IMG/VR virus record: IMGVR_UViG_3300030328_002122
Span: 81,195-145,194 of that record
Source of the DNA: a virus
DNA length: 64,000 bases
Direction: 5' to 3' (one strand)
The notes below the pieces were generated by a model that worked only from the letters and a program-made list of their open reading frames with translations, searched no databases and was not told the DNA's origin. Below, piece after piece: positions 58,793-64,000 of this stretch. Position 1 is the stretch's first letter, and the number at the start of each line of letters is the position of its first letter. The position numbers and the translations under genes were made by a program.

Positions 58793-58975
58793 ATGAAACT
58801 TACTGATAAGCAATTTAAGGAAATTCAATCTAGAATGAATGAACTTATAGAAATCAAAAAAAATCTACCAGATTTAGTTAATGACTTAGGTTGGGAATTT
58901 GAAAGAATGACTAGCTCTGGTCAAGAAACCTTAAATAAAATATGCAAAATTATTGGTAATCCCCCTTTTAGTTGA
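58793..58975 (+). CDS. early hypothetical protein
   Basis: First ORF after the promoter; L.WE..RM.SSGQE. Confidence 0.55.
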   Translation: MKLTDKQFKEIQSRMNELIEIKKNLPDLVNDLGWEFERMTSSGQETLNKICKIIGNPPFS

Positions 58976-58984
58976 AAAAAAGAC

Positions 58985-59019
58985 TTGACTTTGTTCTCAG
59001 AACATGGTATAGTGATTCG
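58985..59019 (+). promoter_or_regulatory. early promoter with TGATTCG
   Basis: TTGACT-N17-TATAGT overlapping TGATTCG (59013-59019). Confidence 0.85.
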
Positions 59020-59045
59020 TAAACGAGAGAAAGAGAGAGAAAATA

Positions 59046-59516
59046 ATGGCATATATTTCAACTGAAGATGTTAGACATATCCGAAACACTTTGAAAAAAG
59101 AACTTCCACAGTATAAATTTTCTGTGGTTCGTGATCATCATTCAAGTGTTTCTGTTTCTATTATGAAAGGCCCTGCCTTCAAAGATTGGAACTATAGGGA
59201 TAGGTGGACTAACGAAATTAAAGTTGGTTCTTTAAATGATGGTGAACATCACCAAATCAATCATCACTACACAGAAGAGTTCTACGGAAAAGAGAATGCA
59301 AAAATCTTAGATAAAATCTATAAGATTATGAAAGTTGCACCTTCTTTGAATGGTGGAAAAGAATGGTATGATGATTCAGATGCCATGACAGATTATTTTG
59401 ATACTGCATACTATATGCATATCGGAGTTGGTAAGTGGGATAAACCTTATGAGGTTGTTGACCATCAGTTGGATTCGTTGGTTGATGCGTGTAAAAATAG
59501 TTTGGAGGCTGCGTAA
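59046..59516 (+). CDS. LPD29-like early protein
   Basis: IR..LK...P..KFSV...D.SDAMTDYFD..YY motif. Confidence 0.6.
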   Translation: MAYISTEDVRHIRNTLKKELPQYKFSVVRDHHSSVSVSIMKGPAFKDWNYRDRWTNEIKVGSLNDGEHHQINHHYTEEFYGKENAKILDKIYKIMKVAPSLNGGKEWYDDSDAMTDYFDTAYYMHIGVGKWDKPYEVVDHQLDSLVDACKNSLEAA

Positions 59517-59824
59517 TGAATTTAGTACATGAGAAATTTAATAATTCTGATTTGAAGCTTCCTATTGAACAGAGAAACATTTATACAACAATGTTTCTGG
59601 ATTATGTATGGGGATTTTACAATCATGTTGATGGTGTCTATCCTATTGATGGGTTGACTAAAGATATGGTAGTCAAAGCAACTAACAAGTATTTAAATAG
59701 ATGTTTAGAAGAAAATAATACTTGCAATTGGGGTGATGGCGATTCCTTAGATAGAGAAAGGGTACGAGATATAATCCTTGACGATAATAATCTAGGACAT
59801 GAAGATTATTTTTCAAGATTTTAA
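59516..59824 (+). CDS. hypothetical protein
   Basis: F..YV..FY....G.YP...GDSLDRERVRD motif. Confidence 0.6.
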   Translation: MNLVHEKFNNSDLKLPIEQRNIYTTMFLDYVWGFYNHVDGVYPIDGLTKDMVVKATNKYLNRCLEENNTCNWGDGDSLDRERVRDIILDDNNLGHEDYFSRF

Positions 59825-59832
59825 TTATTTAC

Positions 59833-59861
59833 TTGACACAGAAAACGAATCAGTATATAAT
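59833..59861 (+). promoter_or_regulatory. early promoter with CGAATCA in spacer
   Basis: TTGACA-cagaaaaCGAATCAgta-TATAAT. Confidence 0.9.
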
Positions 59862-59893
59862 ATAGGTATAGTTAACAAGAGAGAGAAAATATT

Positions 59894-61042
59894 ATGAAAG
59901 CACCATTACCAAAAGTTACAGTACAACCATTGTTTGATTTATTTTTAAATGACGATAAGTTTGTTACTTTTTCTACTGACACTATTAAAGGGTGTAAGAA
60001 AATGGCAAAGAAACTTGGAAAACCTTGCACTATCTATTCTGTTATTACTGATGGGTTAGGTAGGAGTAACTATATTCCAGTGTGGTCTACAACAAAGGGA
60101 GTATTATCATAGTGAGTGATGTAAACGGAAATAGGGCAGGCAATAAAGTTTTAGATTGGTATGAATACGAGTCAGATGATTATTATATTCAAGATGATTT
60201 GTTTAGAATAAGTTGGGCTCTTCATGAGGGTTATAAAAACATTCATGAAAAACTAACGGATCTTGTTCCATGTGAGGGTGCAGTTCCACAAGGACGTTCT
60301 GTTAACAAGTGTCTTGAAAAGTTTAGAGTTGCACAAAATCTAATCTACGATTTATTTAATAATGGTCTTATGAATAGAAAATCTCATTTCAGACAGTTCT
60401 TTGGTTGGGCTCCTTATACTAGGTATAATATTAGTCAAAATGAATTTAATCGTTACAATTTAGAATTAGAACCTATCTATACAAAGATTATAATAGATGC
60501 GTACAAAGAACAGAAGAATTTAGGAACTATATAATGAAAAAGTATTTTGTAAAATATAAGTATAAATTTCCTTTAGATGCATGGGATAGGCCTGGTGGTC
60601 AATATAGTCTTGCAGACTTGCCTATTCGTAGTCATAAGGTATTAACCAGAGAGGGTATTATCCTTTCTAAAAATGATGAACATGATATGTTTAAAATTAA
60701 AGACTTACATGAGAGATTAATTACTGTGTGGGTTGATAAATCAGATGTGGAGATATTAAACCCATGAAAAAATTATTATTAATAATAACTTTAATAACTA
60801 TAGGGTGTCATCCTGCTAACGCATTTGAATTGCGAATGAATAATCAAGATGCACTTAAACAACAAATGATTGGTTTGTTATTAAACCAACTCTTTAATGG
60901 CAATCAAATAAATGTTGGTAACAATAATATTAACAAGAATGTGATTGCAAATTGGGCTACCAACAAGCATGAGAAAATGTGTTGGATTTCTCAAAAGTAT
61001 AATTCTAATGGTACAATTGTAAACAAACTACAATGTGATTAA
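59894..61042 (+). other. cluster of early hypothetical ORFs (59894-60112, ~60112-60534, 60534-60767, 60764-61042)
   Basis: Coupled ORFs; the second has a YDLFNNGL.N motif. Confidence 0.55.
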
Positions 61043-61108
61043 TTTTCCTTTCTTTCTTTCTTAACTAACTTTCCCTTTGCAGTATAAATACTTCAAAGGG
61101 ATTTTTTT

Positions 61109-62173
61109 ATGCATACACAAAAACTATCATATTTTTCTGGTAGAGATGGATTTCTCTGGTGGGTAGGTGTTGTAGAAGATCGTACAGATCCTATGTCGCT
61201 AGGAAGGGTACGAGTCAGAGTATTTGGTTATCATACATCAGATAAAACAAAACTTGCAACAGAAGATTTGCCTTGGGCGTTTTGTATTCAACCTTGTACA
61301 TCTGCTTCCGCTGGTGGCGTAGGAACTTCTCCTACGGGCCCGATAGAAGGAAGTTGGGTAATTGGTTTCTGGAGAGATCCAGACTTTCTACAAGAACCAA
61401 TGGTATTTGGAACGATACCTGGCTACATAGGGCCTAATGGTGCTCCTCAAGGTGGAGCTCCCTATGATTATTCACAAGATCAAAATCGTGAACCTGGCAC
61501 AATAAGTGAAAAAACAGTAATTGCAGATGGGGTTAAAACAGAATTTGATTTACCAGCGAGTTCTCAAGACTCCACAGTTCTAGTAACTAAAGATGGTGTG
61601 CCAGATAAAGCGACAAACGCACCACCCTCATCATATATGAATACCGAAGTTTCTACATCAGAATTTGCTGGTGCAAGAGTATATACTAAAAATGACTTTC
61701 CTTTATCTACTAGGGGTAGTAAAACTGCTAATGCTTTAAATAGATTATTACCATTCGTAAGAGATAGGATTGCAAAAGGAATTAATAATTTTATTCAATC
61801 CAATAGTGGTTGGGATATGAGTATAGGTTCTGGTTACAGAACAAATTCACAACAACAAGAATTGTATAACGATTGGTTAAGACGAAAGAAATATAAAGCT
61901 GCAAAACCTGGCTTCTCTTGGCATAACTTTGCGTGTGCAGTTGATATAACAATATTCAGAGCAGATGGTTCGTATGATGATGGAAGAAAAGGAGATAGTA
62001 ACTATACAGGCAGAGCTCGTTCTGCATTTAAATCTTTCAATATGCAAAATGGTATTCCGAATGATATGGGTCACTTTTATCCATCAGAGTTTCCAAAATA
62101 TCCACCAAAGGCTGTAAGGATAGGAAAAAAGTCTGTTACCAAATATGCGAAAGAAAGAGGAGTGTCAACTTAA
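61109..62173 (+). CDS. gp5: gp5 N-terminal part: OB-fold plus M15 peptidase
   Basis: WWVGVVEDR.DP..LGRVRVR..G.H, LPWA, G.WV.GF..D; then SGYRT..QQ..LY, AKPG.S.HN...AVDI, D..HF; TATAAATA at 61083. Confidence 0.88.
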   Translation: MHTQKLSYFSGRDGFLWWVGVVEDRTDPMSLGRVRVRVFGYHTSDKTKLATEDLPWAFCIQPCTSASAGGVGTSPTGPIEGSWVIGFWRDPDFLQEPMVFGTIPGYIGPNGAPQGGAPYDYSQDQNREPGTISEKTVIADGVKTEFDLPASSQDSTVLVTKDGVPDKATNAPPSSYMNTEVSTSEFAGARVYTKNDFPLSTRGSKTANALNRLLPFVRDRIAKGINNFIQSNSGWDMSIGSGYRTNSQQQELYNDWLRRKKYKAAKPGFSWHNFACAVDITIFRADGSYDDGRKGDSNYTGRARSAFKSFNMQNGIPNDMGHFYPSEFPKYPPKAVRIGKKSVTKYAKERGVST

Positions 62174-63942
62174 TGGCATATGAAATAGAAGATAGAAAAA
62201 TTAAATTTGATAAACCACCACCCAAAGGTACAGAAGTAAATCTAAAAGTTTCTACTCAACAATCACTTAATGGTTTTGCTGATCCTCGTTCTTTTTATCC
62301 TCGCAGAGTTAATGAAGTTGATACAAACAGACTTGCAGTAAATGACGCAACTAAACAACACCCTGTAGTTAATCTTAAAAGACAAAGAATAGATGATCTG
62401 GTAGGAGAACCAGAAACACAGTACGCATCAAAGTATCCATATAATCATGTAAAGGAAACGGAGTCTGGTCATATCGTAGAGTTTGATGATACGCCAGGCC
62501 ATGAACGTATACATGAATATCATAGGTCTGGTACTTTTTACGAAGTACATCCAGATGGTACAAAGGTTACAAAGATTATCGGTGATGATTATGAAATTGT
62601 ACATCAGAATAAAAAGTTAAGAGTAAGAGGAAACATTGAAGTCTATTGTGATGGTGATGCAGATTTATATGTGCGTGGTTCTTTGACAGGACAGGTAGAC
62701 GAGAATATAGATTTACACGCTGGTAAGAATATTAATATTCATGCTGGTAAGAACATGAGATTTTACGCAAATGACTCTATAGAGTTTACAGCACAGAAAG
62801 AACTAACAGCAACATCTGTATCAAAGATGACATTACAATCTCAAGCAGATGTGAATATTAATGCAGAGGGTAACTACCTTACCAATATAAAAGGAACAAG
62901 TGATATTATTTCAGATGGAAAAATTGCCATAAAATCTCCAAGTTCAATAATAATAAATGGAAATAGCACTATTGACATTCTTGGTGGTGGTAATATGAAC
63001 TTAGAAGGTAAAGAGATAAAATTAAATGGTGGTGCGTTTAGATCAAGTGTAGAAAAAGTAGAAGATACAAAATATAAAGACAGTTCTGGTGTAAATTTAT
63101 ATAGTGAAGGTAAAGAAGTTGACGCACCTGTAGAAGCTACAGTACTTGATGCAAAAGACCTAAGTGCATTAGCAGATGAACAATCTGTTTTTGGTGAAGA
63201 TGATATTCCAAAATCAGATGATGATATTAAATCTGATGTTGCTTCTGGAAATGCATTACCTTCCTCATCTTCAGATTATAGTTATAATTCTATTGATGGA
63301 AGTTATAGTTCTGAAAGTGCATCAAGACCATTGATATCAGTTCCATCAGTTCCAGACTTTCCTAGAGAACATGGATATTCAACTGGACAATCAGAATTAC
63401 TTTATACAGAAGCTGCAAAGGTTACATCAGTAACAAAGCCGTCTAAGATAATACTTCCAGATGATGGATCTATAGATTATAATATGTACATATCTTCCAA
63501 GTATAAACTTTCCAAACTTACACTTGCACCACCTGTAGGACAGAAAATAAACAAAGGTAAAGAAGAAGCAGAAAAGATTATTAATAAATTAAGAGTTCTT
63601 GCAGTTAATTGTTTAGATCCATTACTTGCAGAATATCCTAAACTAAGAATTAACATGGGATATTTTGAATCAAGACCAGGCACATCTTCTGCACATTCAT
63701 TAGGTGAAGCAGTTGACATACAAGTTGCAGATGCAAGTAAAGGAGAATACTTTGAGATTGCAATATGGATTAGAGAAAACTTACCACATGATTCTATCAT
63801 ACTACAATATAGAACTACTGGTTCTGGTATGCCTTGGATTCATCTTGGGTGTAAGGAGTCTGGTAATAGATCAGATATGATAACACAATACAATGGAAAA
63901 ACAACAACCGAATTAGGACAGATTGCACAGTATTATGCCTAA
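62173..63942 (+). CDS. gp5: gp5 C-terminal part: beta-helix spike plus M15A peptidase
   Basis: YPYNHV.ETESGH..EFDDTPG.ERI...HRSGTF.E..PDG, V.G repeats; C-terminal S.H..GEAVDI...WIH. Confidence 0.85.
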   Translation: MAYEIEDRKIKFDKPPPKGTEVNLKVSTQQSLNGFADPRSFYPRRVNEVDTNRLAVNDATKQHPVVNLKRQRIDDLVGEPETQYASKYPYNHVKETESGHIVEFDDTPGHERIHEYHRSGTFYEVHPDGTKVTKIIGDDYEIVHQNKKLRVRGNIEVYCDGDADLYVRGSLTGQVDENIDLHAGKNINIHAGKNMRFYANDSIEFTAQKELTATSVSKMTLQSQADVNINAEGNYLTNIKGTSDIISDGKIAIKSPSSIIINGNSTIDILGGGNMNLEGKEIKLNGGAFRSSVEKVEDTKYKDSSGVNLYSEGKEVDAPVEATVLDAKDLSALADEQSVFGEDDIPKSDDDIKSDVASGNALPSSSSDYSYNSIDGSYSSESASRPLISVPSVPDFPREHGYSTGQSELLYTEAAKVTSVTKPSKIILPDDGSIDYNMYISSKYKLSKLTLAPPVGQKINKGKEEAEKIINKLRVLAVNCLDPLLAEYPKLRINMGYFESRPGTSSAHSLGEAVDIQVADASKGEYFEIAIWIRENLPHDSIILQYRTTGSGMPWIHLGCKESGNRSDMITQYNGKTTTELGQIAQYYA

Positions 63943-64000
63943 GATATGTAGAGAAGAAGATTCATTTAATACAGGACATGGTTGTGATCCGACTAGTAAA
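63935..64000 (+). CDS. PAAR spike-tip protein (gp5.4-like), truncated by window end
   Basis: MPKICREEDSFNTGHGCDPTSK, directly after gp5. Confidence 0.7.
   Translation, partial: MPKICREEDSFNTGHGCDPTSK

Noticed and set aside
252-63800. Numerous 60-130 aa antisense or alternate-frame ORFs in the track (e.g. 928-1179, 16833-17183, 21568-22074, 41629-41985, 63477-63800)
   Set aside because: Shadow ORFs opposite well-supported genes, without SD sequences or recognisable motifs

Overview
AT-rich 64 kb segment of a large T4-like (Tevenvirinae-related, marine-type) myophage genome. It carries T4 core genes (gp61 primase, RNase H, gp33, gp59, gp32, gp2, gp4, gp26, gp48, gp53, gp5, PAAR), T4 late promoters (TATAAATA), three paralogous LamG-repeat fibre genes and a lysis cassette. 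Auxiliary genes include NrdJ, ThyX, PhoH, bS21, a BMP solute-binding protein, a Na/Pi transporter, DHODH-like and PRTase-like proteins. A circularly permuted tmRNA with a GGCAGUA T-loop and tag ANNNFAPVDFAIAA points to an alphaproteobacterial host. The most notable unannotated signals are: (1) an early regulon of about 11 sigma70-type promoters, each carrying TGATTCG (the CcrM/GcrA YGAKTCG motif) at fixed positions, most followed by AGAGAG-rich leaders; (2) a separately transcribed ~90-nt hairpin sRNA whose CU-repeat loop is complementary to those leaders; (3) a probable lambda-G/GT-style -1 frameshift fusing gp26 to the start-less gp51-like frame; (4) a structured, kissing-loop intervening segment in the tmRNA; (5) a set of enzymes and a polyprotein with T4-type capsid-targeting N-termini; (6) a 40-aa metallothionein-like ORF missing from the ORF track; (7) a gp5 gene split by an M15 peptidase insertion. 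All calls are by eye, without database searches.
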